IMG/VR virus record: IMGVR_UViG_3300032331_001791
Span: 1 to 64,000 of that record
Source of the DNA: a virus
Direction: 5' to 3' (one strand)
DNA: 64,000 bases
Shown here: positions 49,023 through 57,387 of the stretch, piece after piece
How the letters are laid out: every line of letters starts with the position of its first letter
How positions within the stretch are numbered: the first letter of the stretch is position 1
The notes under the pieces: model-generated
Database searches by the model: none
Told to the model about the DNA's origin: nothing
The model's input: the letters and a program-made list of their open reading frames with translations, nothing else
Translations under genes and position numbers: made by a program

Positions 49023-51578
49023 ATGAATTATTTCCAAGAACTGCTTGAGAGTTATGATAGGTTAAAGAAGAGAACCTTTAAATTAGTTTATATCAATGAA
49101 CAAGTTCCGCAAACTGGTAATTCAGCATTTGAAACTTTACTAAGTGCTTGGAATGGTGCTGGAAAAAAAGCATCTGAGGCTATTGATTTGGGAATTAATA
49201 ATCAATATGCGGCTTATGGATTTAAAACTGTAAAAGGGCAATCTACTCCTGTTCAAGCAAGAATGATTAGAAAAAAAGATGGGGGAATAATTCCAGGTTA
49301 TAACTCTCCTTACTTAGACTTAGATTCTAGTATATCTCCAGAACAAAAAGAAAAAATAGCAAATGCAATAATTGGTGGACAACAACCCTCACAACCTTCT
49401 CCTGAACAACAAGCTCAAAGGACTCCTGAACAGCCTCAAACGCCAGAGGAGTTAGCATATCAACAGGCTATAACTAAAGGATCACCAGAGTATTTACAGC
49501 AACTACAAAAACCACTAGAACCAGAGTTGCAAAGAGAACTTTTCTTTAGATCATATGAACTAAAGAAATTATGTAAGCCAGTTGAAAAAGGGGGCCCAGT
49601 TCCAGATTTTTGTGTTGAATTAGGCTTAGGTGGAGAATCCAGAGCAGGAACTTTAGGAATTGGATCTAGCCAAAAATCATTTGAAAAAAAGGTAGCTGAA
49701 GGTGCTGCCTTTGCTCGTAATGCAGAGACAAGATTGATAGAAAAAACTGAATCTCTTTCTTTAGAACAAAGAACCCAAGCTGTAGAGGGATGGAAAGATT
49801 TAACCCAAGTTTTAATTGATCCTAATTTAGTTGATTGTAATAAAATATTCAATAATATTAGAATAAATGTTCCAAGTGAAAAAGGGGGTAGATCTACCAA
49901 AATAATTTTTGGTCCTATTAATGAAGGATTAGAAAAATCTGTAGTAACCTCTGCTGGATCTTTAGAAAAAGAATCCATAAAAAGAATAAAGAAGCATTGT
50001 AAAAAAGATTTTAATTCAGCAAAACTTACAGTAGCAGCAGGAAATAAGTATTCAATCAGAGGAACTTTTTTTGAAAAATGTACAAATTTTGCTTTTAGAA
50101 TAAAATCTCTTCAAAGACTTCAACAAAATTGTGTTAGTGGAGATAAGAAATCTTGCAGTAATGCAGATGCTCGTAGAAAAGAATTAGCTTCTGATATAGT
50201 ATCACATATAGAAACTGTAAGAGCAAATGCTATAACAACTCAACTATCAGAGGATATTGTATCAACTACTGAATATACCGCAGTAATGGATATTCTTAAA
50301 GAACATCAAGAATTTGATACTCCTGCTGTATTACAATTCTTAGCTAGAGAAAATGCTTACGCTTCACAATTAGTTAATTCTTATTTTCCTAATGCTGTTG
50401 GTGTAATAGATTCTTCTTTAAATCCAAAAACAGGTAACAGAGCAGATAGAAAAGTTTTATATCTAGATCAGAAGTCAGCAGTTTCTGATATGTCTAAATT
50501 GGGTGGATCAGTAACTTCTGTTAAAATATCTGATTATATTTCAAAATGTTCTACTGATACTACTAATCCTGTGTGCTCTGAGCTAAAAGATCTTATGGAA
50601 GATTATAAACTAAATGAAAATTCAATAATACATTTAGGAGATTTAGGATTAAAGAGAGTTACAGATTTAGAAAGTGGAGTTACCGCTGGTTCTTTTAGTG
50701 GTGCTAGACGATTATATGATTTATTTAAGAGAACTCCCTTAGCAAAAATACAAAATGGAGATAGAATTGAAGAAGGATACATATCTAAAATAGATGAACT
50801 TCAAGAAGTTGTACCTAATAGTCCTAGAGATAAAAAAATGCAAGAAGTAGAAGATAATGTTGACAATATTTTATCTTCATTTTATTCTCATATATCTGGT
50901 AATGTAATAAATATTCCTAGTGGAAAACAAAAAGCCCTTGTTGATTTAAATAAACCAACTCAAGTTGTTGAATTACTAAAGAAAACTTTGAGGGAAAGAG
51001 TTAGTAATGATATTTTACAAAATAGTTCTTTAGGAAAACTACTTAAACCAAATAATTTTAAAGGGCAAGAGTCTAGAGAAGAGTCTGCTGGTTTACTGAT
51101 GAGATATGTTCGTCATCATATGTATAGAAAACAACTCAAAGAAAATCCAGAAGCAACAACAGATGCTCTACTTAGAAAATTATATATATGTGGAGCTAAT
51201 AAAACAGAGTTAGTTCAAAGTATAGTAGATGATACTGGTCAAAATTTAAGCTTTAATCATAATCAAGTTTTTAGAAATTTAGAACAAGCAAAGAAAGAAA
51301 ATAGAATTAGATTAGAAGTAAAAGATTCATCTGTAAAATATTTTGTAACTGAACCTTCTGGTCAAGAAGTTTTATATGCAGAACTAGGAGAAGATGTAAA
51401 AATTATAGGTACAGGGCAATCTACTCACAAGTTTGCAGCAGAATTTAGTACAGGGGCAGCTAGATCTGCTATAGTTCTGAATGAAGGAAAAGAAGCATCT
51501 TCTATAGATAAAGAAAAACTTATAGAAGAGTTTATTAAAATACAACAAAAACTATTAGAATGTTTTAGTTCAAAGTAA
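49023..51578 (+). CDS. Large hypothetical protein, possibly an internal/ejected head protein
   Basis: 851 aa; N-terminal LLE/INE and C-terminal LNE/LIE/LLE motifs; CTATAATA 5' of the start. Confidence 0.55.
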   Translation: MNYFQELLESYDRLKKRTFKLVYINEQVPQTGNSAFETLLSAWNGAGKKASEAIDLGINNQYAAYGFKTVKGQSTPVQARMIRKKDGGIIPGYNSPYLDLDSSISPEQKEKIANAIIGGQQPSQPSPEQQAQRTPEQPQTPEELAYQQAITKGSPEYLQQLQKPLEPELQRELFFRSYELKKLCKPVEKGGPVPDFCVELGLGGESRAGTLGIGSSQKSFEKKVAEGAAFARNAETRLIEKTESLSLEQRTQAVEGWKDLTQVLIDPNLVDCNKIFNNIRINVPSEKGGRSTKIIFGPINEGLEKSVVTSAGSLEKESIKRIKKHCKKDFNSAKLTVAAGNKYSIRGTFFEKCTNFAFRIKSLQRLQQNCVSGDKKSCSNADARRKELASDIVSHIETVRANAITTQLSEDIVSTTEYTAVMDILKEHQEFDTPAVLQFLARENAYASQLVNSYFPNAVGVIDSSLNPKTGNRADRKVLYLDQKSAVSDMSKLGGSVTSVKISDYISKCSTDTTNPVCSELKDLMEDYKLNENSIIHLGDLGLKRVTDLESGVTAGSFSGARRLYDLFKRTPLAKIQNGDRIEEGYISKIDELQEVVPNSPRDKKMQEVEDNVDNILSSFYSHISGNVINIPSGKQKALVDLNKPTQVVELLKKTLRERVSNDILQNSSLGKLLKPNNFKGQESREESAGLLMRYVRHHMYRKQLKENPEATTDALLRKLYICGANKTELVQSIVDDTGQNLSFNHNQVFRNLEQAKKENRIRLEVKDSSVKYFVTEPSGQEVLYAELGEDVKIIGTGQSTHKFAAEFSTGAARSAIVLNEGKEASSIDKEKLIEEFIKIQQKLLECFSSK

Positions 51579-52083
51579 AAAAGTAATCATCAGATAAGCT
51601 TAGTATTTTTTCTAGTAAGTTAATCTCATACTGGTCAAAGGTTATAGTATCCGAGAACCTAGAAAATAACCCGATTCTTGAAATTATTAAAGCTGGTTGT
51701 CTATCTTGTTGATAAACTATAACTGAAGTTTTTCCAGATACTTGTGAATCTCTTTCAGATTGTTTGATAAATTCCCAAAGCTCTGAACTATTATTAAATA
51801 TACTATTTATATTTACTTTATTATAACCTTTTTTACACTCAATAATATGTTTAAAGTTCTTTGGTGTGATAAGATCTCCATAAACTTTAAGGTAATCTGG
51901 CAGACTGTGCGTAGTGGCAAACGCACCAGAACCGGGGCTTCTGCAAAATTCTGTTGTATTGAACCTATCATTGAGTAGGGCACAGATCTTTCTTTCAAAG
52001 ATATTGCCCTTGGAGCGGCTGTTAACTCTTTTTTTCTTAGATAATTTTTCTTTTAACAATTTTGAATCGTAAGAATCTTTCAT
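51565..52083 (-). CDS. Holliday junction resolvase (Hjc-like PD-(D/E)XK)
   Basis: NSRSKGNIFERKIC...SGA...GDLI...IECKKG. Confidence 0.8.
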   Translation of the reverse strand: MKDSYDSKLLKEKLSKKKRVNSRSKGNIFERKICALLNDRFNTTEFCRSPGSGAFATTHSLPDYLKVYGDLITPKNFKHIIECKKGYNKVNINSIFNNSSELWEFIKQSERDSQVSGKTSVIVYQQDRQPALIISRIGLFSRFSDTITFDQYEINLLEKILSLSDDYFFTLN

Positions 52084-52100
52084 AAATATGAATCCTCAAG

Positions 52101-52111
52101 ACTATAATAGT
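52101..52111. promoter_or_regulatory. ACTATAATAGT near-palindrome, candidate bidirectional promoter
   Basis: Same core as at 4697 and 53128; located at a divergent junction. Confidence 0.5.
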
Positions 52112-52117
52112 TCGGAA

Positions 52118-52456
52118 GTGGATAAACCTACTTCTATTAAAATCAATATAAAAAATTGGAAAATCCGTAACCACATTCGTAAAGGTGATAAAGTGAGACT
52201 TACTGTAAATTTAGACAAAGATCAATCGGTAGCATGGAAAAACTTCAAGCAGTTCTGTCAACCAAAAGATTTATCTGATGATGAATTCTTGAAGGTTGTA
52301 TTTCTAACTGGAGTTGAAGCAATGAATAATGAACTCATCAGACTTATTAAAGAGTATAAGAAAGAAAATTCAGATGAGCTTGCAGCTTCAGGGATAACCA
52401 TTGTTGAAGAAGAAGATGGCAATATTACAATTTCCGAAACCGACGATAAAGAATGA
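52118..52456 (+). CDS. Hypothetical protein, possible ribbon-helix-helix regulator (start uncertain: 52088, 52118 or 52193)
   Basis: RLTVNLDKDQ..AW..F...LSDDEFLK resembles a beta-alpha-alpha pattern. Confidence 0.4.
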   Translation: MDKPTSIKINIKNWKIRNHIRKGDKVRLTVNLDKDQSVAWKNFKQFCQPKDLSDDEFLKVVFLTGVEAMNNELIRLIKEYKKENSDELAASGITIVEEEDGNITISETDDKE

Positions 52457-52460
52457 TACA

Positions 52461-52787
52461 ATGTTTAATTTAATTTTCTTATCAAAAGAAAATGATCTCA
52501 ACAAGATTCTAAGAAATCAAAAAAGAAATAAGGATACAATTAATATTTTATTTATATCCTTATGGGATGATTATTGCAATGAACTTGTAGATAAGATTAA
52601 AGAAAAATACAGCGCAGTATCGGACGCTAAAGAAGACTTATATATTGTAGATAGTTTCAATATGCCGCATAGTTTTGTAATATATGAAGTTACAAAAACT
52701 CCAGAGTTAGTAATCTTAAGAAAAGATAAGCCAGCGTTTATTGAATCCTATTTGCCGAAGATATATGATTATTTGAATATCAAGTAA
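52461..52787 (+). CDS. Thioredoxin-fold protein with degenerate active site (WDDYC)
   Basis: F.S.WDDYC..., Y.VD, Y.V.KTP.L: cis-Pro thioredoxin pattern. Confidence 0.6.
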   Translation: MFNLIFLSKENDLNKILRNQKRNKDTINILFISLWDDYCNELVDKIKEKYSAVSDAKEDLYIVDSFNMPHSFVIYEVTKTPELVILRKDKPAFIESYLPKIYDYLNIK

Positions 52788-53124
52788 TATTATCTTTATT
52801 TTTATCAATGTATCCTTGAATTTTTATATTATATCTCTTATTTTTAGAGTATAATAATTTTAGATTATTAAGGATAATTGTTGTAAAGTATGTAAAGGCT
52901 GTTCCTTTTTTTGCTTTAAAATTTTTCAGAGTTTTTAGTATTAAAAAGAAACAGTCTTGCTTTGCATCTTCTTTTTCTAATTTAAAATTAAATCCCTCTA
53001 TTATATTCTCAATTAAAAGGTCGAACATCTTCATAAGTTCGTCCTCATGTTTTTCGGGGTTCTTCTTATACTTGCGTATAAGAGCTTCAAATTCTTTATT
53101 ATTTATGTAATTTTTTTTTGCCAT
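52780..53124 (-). CDS. Late-transcription sigma factor (T4 gp55-like), minimal
   Basis: NYINNKEF N-terminus and AFTYFTTII region 2 motif. Confidence 0.8.
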   Translation of the reverse strand: MAKKNYINNKEFEALIRKYKKNPEKHEDELMKMFDLLIENIIEGFNFKLEKEDAKQDCFFLILKTLKNFKAKKGTAFTYFTTIILNNLKLLYSKNKRYNIKIQGYIDKNKDNIT

Positions 53125-53127
53125 ACC

Positions 53128-53136
53128 CTATAATAG
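53128..53136. promoter_or_regulatory. CTATAATAG element in the 16-bp gap between the divergent sigma and polymerase genes
   Basis: TATAAT 6 nt before ATG 53141; TATTAT on the minus strand 5 nt before ATG 53124. Confidence 0.55.
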
Positions 53137-53140
53137 TACA

Positions 53141-54157
53141 ATGGATTTAGAGAAGCTTTATAAAGGTGTTGATGTTGCTCCTGATAACCCTTTGTGTTCT
53201 GGCTGTAACATCTTAACTAAAACTAAACCTTTTTATTGTGGTCTGGATTATCTTAATCTGGAACAGAGTGATGTTTTATTTTTATCGGATTCTCTAAAGT
53301 ATAAGTTTGGGAAGTCTTACGCTTTTACAGACATTGAGGAAGAGTTAATTAAATCTGTCTTTCCTCACCAATATGCTACTGCTGCTGCGGTAAAATGTCC
53401 TTCTGTTAAAGAGGCCGATATTACTCCAGCCAGCATGAACATTTGTAGAGCGCATCTTATTCCTACGATTGACAAGGTTAAGCCTAAGCTGGTTTACGCC
53501 TGTGGAAATCTAGCTATGAAGATGCTTATCAAGAAGAGTGGGATTACGGATAAGCGGGGAAACTCGTATGATTACGAGACTCCTAATGGGCACAAGTGCG
53601 TTGTTGTTCCTATCTTCCATCCCTATGCAATCATAAATGAGCCTAGGCATAAGCCTACTTTTGAGTCTGATATTCTTAATGGATATGATAAACATATCCG
53701 TGGAAATACTAAGCAGACCAAAATGGATTATACTTTGGTAAGGGATTTAAAGACTCTTCAAGAACTCGCTGTCAGAATAAAGAATCATACAGGGCCAATA
53801 GCTGTTGATATTGAAACTACGGGTCTTAATTTCCTACAGGATAAGATTATGACTGTAGGTATTGCGACAGATGATATATCTATTGTAGTTCCTGTCGAGC
53901 ACAAAGAATTTAATTGGAACGACACTGGCTCGTCTGTTGTCAAGGTATGCGAATTAATTCAAGAAGCTTTGAGCGGTAACTCAATCAAGGTTCTTCATAA
54001 TGCCAAGTTTGATCTTAAGTTCCTGCATCGTTACGGTGTCAGCATCACTAATATTGCAGATACAAAGATCATGTCGCATATGATCAATGAAGAAGGTAAG
54101 AATAGTCTTAAGGATCTTGTCAAGCAATTTTTCCCTGAGTATTTGGAGAAACTCTAA
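53141..54157 (+). CDS. polA: DNA polymerase A part 1: family-4 UDG-like domain plus 3'-5' exonuclease motifs I and II
   Basis: CxxC...KC...C (Fe-S), PIFHP; DIETTG and HNAKFD. Confidence 0.85.
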   Translation: MDLEKLYKGVDVAPDNPLCSGCNILTKTKPFYCGLDYLNLEQSDVLFLSDSLKYKFGKSYAFTDIEEELIKSVFPHQYATAAAVKCPSVKEADITPASMNICRAHLIPTIDKVKPKLVYACGNLAMKMLIKKSGITDKRGNSYDYETPNGHKCVVVPIFHPYAIINEPRHKPTFESDILNGYDKHIRGNTKQTKMDYTLVRDLKTLQELAVRIKNHTGPIAVDIETTGLNFLQDKIMTVGIATDDISIVVPVEHKEFNWNDTGSSVVKVCELIQEALSGNSIKVLHNAKFDLKFLHRYGVSITNIADTKIMSHMINEEGKNSLKDLVKQFFPEYLEKL

Positions 54158-54651
54158 TGTTAGGTATTACTGATCCGGGTAAGTTTGATTGGGAAAACAT
54201 TTCTCTTTCAGCGTGTGCTAATGGAAACTACATGGACGCACACTTCACTCTTCAACTCTTTTACATCTTCCAAAAGAAGATGGAAGAGAAGAAGATGGAT
54301 AAAGTGTTCTTTAAGGTTATATGCCCAGCCCTGAATGAGTTTGCATTAATTGAATATAATGGTATTAATGTATCTACTGAAAAGCTAGACGAGGTTGGAA
54401 AGCAACTTCGTAATAAGAATATTGATCAGGAAGATCTTCTCTACGATTGTAAGGGAATTACCAAGGAAGACAACCTATCATCAAACAACGACTTGATCGA
54501 CATTCTGTATACCAGAGAGGGTGGTCTTGAACTTTATCCTCCTGATAAAACAGCTAAAGGATCTCCATCTGTTTCAGCACCAACACTAGAACTTCTTTTG
54601 GACTTTATTAATCAGGAGCTTGCATCCCGTGTCAAAGTGGAAAAATCGTGA
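54157..54651 (+). CDS. polA: DNA polymerase A part 2: ExoIII region plus thumb
   Basis: NYMDAHFTLQL, IEYNGI, NLSSNNDL..ILY, T.KG.PS; TAATG coupling and GGAG RBS. Confidence 0.8.
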   Translation: MLGITDPGKFDWENISLSACANGNYMDAHFTLQLFYIFQKKMEEKKMDKVFFKVICPALNEFALIEYNGINVSTEKLDEVGKQLRNKNIDQEDLLYDCKGITKEDNLSSNNDLIDILYTREGGLELYPPDKTAKGSPSVSAPTLELLLDFINQELASRVKVEKS

Positions 54652-55747
54652 AGAGAATAAGGACATTGCTAAGTCTGTTATTTCTAGCAAGTCCACAGAG
54701 GATCTTCGTGAGTCTAAGAAATTTATTGAGGGGTTGCTCAACCTCCGTAAGTCTGAGAAGCTAGAGAAGACCTACATTCAAGGAACTAAGTCCGCTATTG
54801 AATATAATGGTCTAGATAAAGTTTATGTTGATTTTCGCTTTGATGGAACAGCTACAGGGCGTTTATCTTGTGCTGCCTATTCAGCTAAGGAAGATATGGG
54901 TGTTTCTTTCCATACTCTGCCCCGTGAAACAGAGAACAACATCCGCTCGATCTTTGTAGCTCCAAAGGACCAAGCCTTCATCACTGTAGACTACGCAGCG
55001 ATGGAACTGCGTGTCCTTGCCCACATTGCCAAAGAGAAGGTCATGCAGAAGGCGTTCATTGATGGAGCAGACCTGCATACTTATACAGCCGAGCTTCTGT
55101 TTAATAAGAAGAAGATCTCGAAGGATGAGCGTCAGATTGCTAAGACAGTATCCTTCTTGATTGTTTACGGTGGTGGAGCGTACAATCTTTCAGAGACTAT
55201 GAACATTCCTCTTAAGCGTGCCGAGAAGATTATCCAGAACTACCAAAGAGTTTATCCTGGAATCTTTTCATACATGGAGTTTGTTAATCAGTTTATTCTG
55301 CAAAACCAGTATGCATATACCATCTTTGGTAGACGCAGGAATCTGGTGGATGTTACTTCTAAAGAGCAGTCAGTAGTTAATCGAGCACTGCGACAAGGAC
55401 TTAACTTCACTATTCAAAGCACTGCCTCCGATATTCTTCTTTGTGGAATGCTTGGGTGTTGCAACGAGTTTCGTAAGAATTTATTGAAGGCAAGACCTGT
55501 AGCAACCGTTCACGATAGTTTGGAAGTAGTCTGCCCTTATGATGAAGTAGAGAAAACTTTAGAGATTATCTACGATCAAATGGTGAATGTTCCTATAATA
55601 AAGGATACATTTAATATTAACTTCTCTGTTCCATTTAAGATCGACGCAGAGGTAGGACACTCTTTTGGTGATGGTAAAGAAGTTAACTTTGAGAATGGCA
55701 AACCCACAAATATGACAGAAATTTTAGGATATTTAAATGAAGGTTGA
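54629..55747 (+). CDS. polA: DNA polymerase A part 3: palm/fingers catalytic domain
   Basis: TATGRLS, motif A DYAAMELRVLAH, motif B RQIAKTVSFLIVYG, motif C VHDS; probable GTG start at 54629 with AGGAG at 54614-54618. Confidence 0.92.
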   Translation: MSKWKNREENKDIAKSVISSKSTEDLRESKKFIEGLLNLRKSEKLEKTYIQGTKSAIEYNGLDKVYVDFRFDGTATGRLSCAAYSAKEDMGVSFHTLPRETENNIRSIFVAPKDQAFITVDYAAMELRVLAHIAKEKVMQKAFIDGADLHTYTAELLFNKKKISKDERQIAKTVSFLIVYGGGAYNLSETMNIPLKRAEKIIQNYQRVYPGIFSYMEFVNQFILQNQYAYTIFGRRRNLVDVTSKEQSVVNRALRQGLNFTIQSTASDILLCGMLGCCNEFRKNLLKARPVATVHDSLEVVCPYDEVEKTLEIIYDQMVNVPIIKDTFNINFSVPFKIDAEVGHSFGDGKEVNFENGKPTNMTEILGYLNEG

Positions 55748-56417
55748 ATGCCTAGATAAAGGGTATGTAGAATTAATTACATATACTCCAGGGGGAGATT
55801 TACTTGTAGTTAATGCAGCTAGATGTTCTTTTGATAAGGAGCATAAAATATTTAATGAAGACAAAGATTCTAAACTTATCTCTTACCTTGCACGGCATGG
55901 GCATTTATTGCCATTTAGACACCCTCACGCTACCTTTCGTATACATTGCCCCATCTTTGTATTACGCCAGCTAGGGAAGCATCAGGTTGGTTTTAGTTGG
56001 AGCGAAGTTTCTAGACGCTATATAACTTCGGAGCCTGAGTTTTACACTCCAAAGGATTGGAGAGAGAAGGCTCCTAATGTAAAGCAAGGAAGTCTTCAAC
56101 AGGTTTCTGAATACAGCACTTTTGCTACTAGTGACCATAGTGATCTAATTAAAATGTCGTTAGGAATGTATAACGATTTATTAAATCAAGGGATCTGTGC
56201 CGAGCAAGCCCGTATGATTCTTCCTCAATCCATGTATACGACCACTGTAACAACTGGGTCATTGCTAGGCTGGCATCATCTTTGGGAGCAGAGAACGGAT
56301 TCTCATGCCCAGCTAGAGACTCAGGAGTACGCACAGGCAATTGGTCATATGATGAGTAAGCTTTATCATTATAGTTGGAAAGCACTTTGTGATGAGAAAA
56401 ACGCAGATAATCGGTGA
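55737..56417 (+). CDS. thyX: FAD-dependent thymidylate synthase
   Basis: VNAARCSF, H..PF.H, SEVSRRY, EQARMILP, HAQ.E. Confidence 0.93.
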   Translation: MKVECLDKGYVELITYTPGGDLLVVNAARCSFDKEHKIFNEDKDSKLISYLARHGHLLPFRHPHATFRIHCPIFVLRQLGKHQVGFSWSEVSRRYITSEPEFYTPKDWREKAPNVKQGSLQQVSEYSTFATSDHSDLIKMSLGMYNDLLNQGICAEQARMILPQSMYTTTVTTGSLLGWHHLWEQRTDSHAQLETQEYAQAIGHMMSKLYHYSWKALCDEKNADNR

Positions 56418-57387
56418 TATACATCTTGATGATCGGTATTTAGGTTATCTTGATTTCCAAATTCAAACTATTAAAAAATTAATTGATTCCGAAAACTGCG
56501 AAGATATAATATTCTTAGGTGATTTATTTGAGAAGCGGTCACCTAGCCCAAAAGTTCTTCTTGCTCTCCAGGAAATATTAGATTATGTTCCTAGAGACAA
56601 GAAGATTTATTTATTAAGAGGTAATCACTGCTCTCAAACCAAGGCTGATGATGGTCTAACAGCCTTATCATTATTTGAATACAAAAGAAATGTAACCGTA
56701 ATTAAACATACTAGATCAGTTAACGGATACACTTTTATTCCGCATTATGAGAATGAACGAACAATTATTGACGATCTCTGCCGTGTGCCTGACACTGATG
56801 TTTTGTTTGGGCATTTTGGCTATAATGGTTGTCTTAATCCCGCTGGCGATCCTGATTTTAGCATTTCACCTGATATGTTTACCAGTAGATCTTTTCTTGG
56901 ACACATACACCATTATAAAGAAAAAGATAACATAACGATTGTTGGAACTCCTTACACTACTTCTTTTCAAGAAGCAAACAAAGATAGTTATTACGCAGTT
57001 CTAGATTCAAAAGGTAATTATAAAATGAAGCCAATTAATTTTGGCATTCGTCATTTAATAATGAATCTAGAAGATCTGCCTAATCAAAAAGAGTTTATTG
57101 AGGATCCTAAGTATTTTACTTTATTGAGAGTAATGGTGGACACATTGGATAAGAACCAAGATAATATTAGAGAGATTATTGATCATGTCAAGCCCCAGTA
57201 TTTAGATATTAAATATAAGCCAGTGGTAGACGAGAAGAAACCACAGAGCACCTTTAATACAACTGAGGTTATTACAAAGATTGATGAGAGTTTAATTTTA
57301 GATTATATTAATAATACAAATACAACTCTTGGTAAGCAGGAATTGCTAGACGGTCTGAGATTAATAAATGAAAATCAATCGAATTGA
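56392..57387 (+). CDS. Mre11/SbcD-like nuclease (gp47-like)
   Basis: GDIH, GDLF, GNH and GHIH metallophosphoesterase motifs. Confidence 0.92.
   Translation: MRKTQIIGDIHLDDRYLGYLDFQIQTIKKLIDSENCEDIIFLGDLFEKRSPSPKVLLALQEILDYVPRDKKIYLLRGNHCSQTKADDGLTALSLFEYKRNVTVIKHTRSVNGYTFIPHYENERTIIDDLCRVPDTDVLFGHFGYNGCLNPAGDPDFSISPDMFTSRSFLGHIHHYKEKDNITIVGTPYTTSFQEANKDSYYAVLDSKGNYKMKPINFGIRHLIMNLEDLPNQKEFIEDPKYFTLLRVMVDTLDKNQDNIREIIDHVKPQYLDIKYKPVVDEKKPQSTFNTTEVITKIDESLILDYINNTNTTLGKQELLDGLRLINENQSN

Noticed and set aside
54121-54157. -1 frameshift at CAA TTT TTC joining polA parts 1 and 2
   Set aside because: The -1 frame hits TGA at 54136 before ORF2; TAATG plus GGAG supports reinitiation.
54100-54700. 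Split intein or group I intron explaining the fragmented polA
   Set aside because: The ORFs abut or overlap with no intervening sequence, no intein C1/HN motifs and no homing endonuclease.
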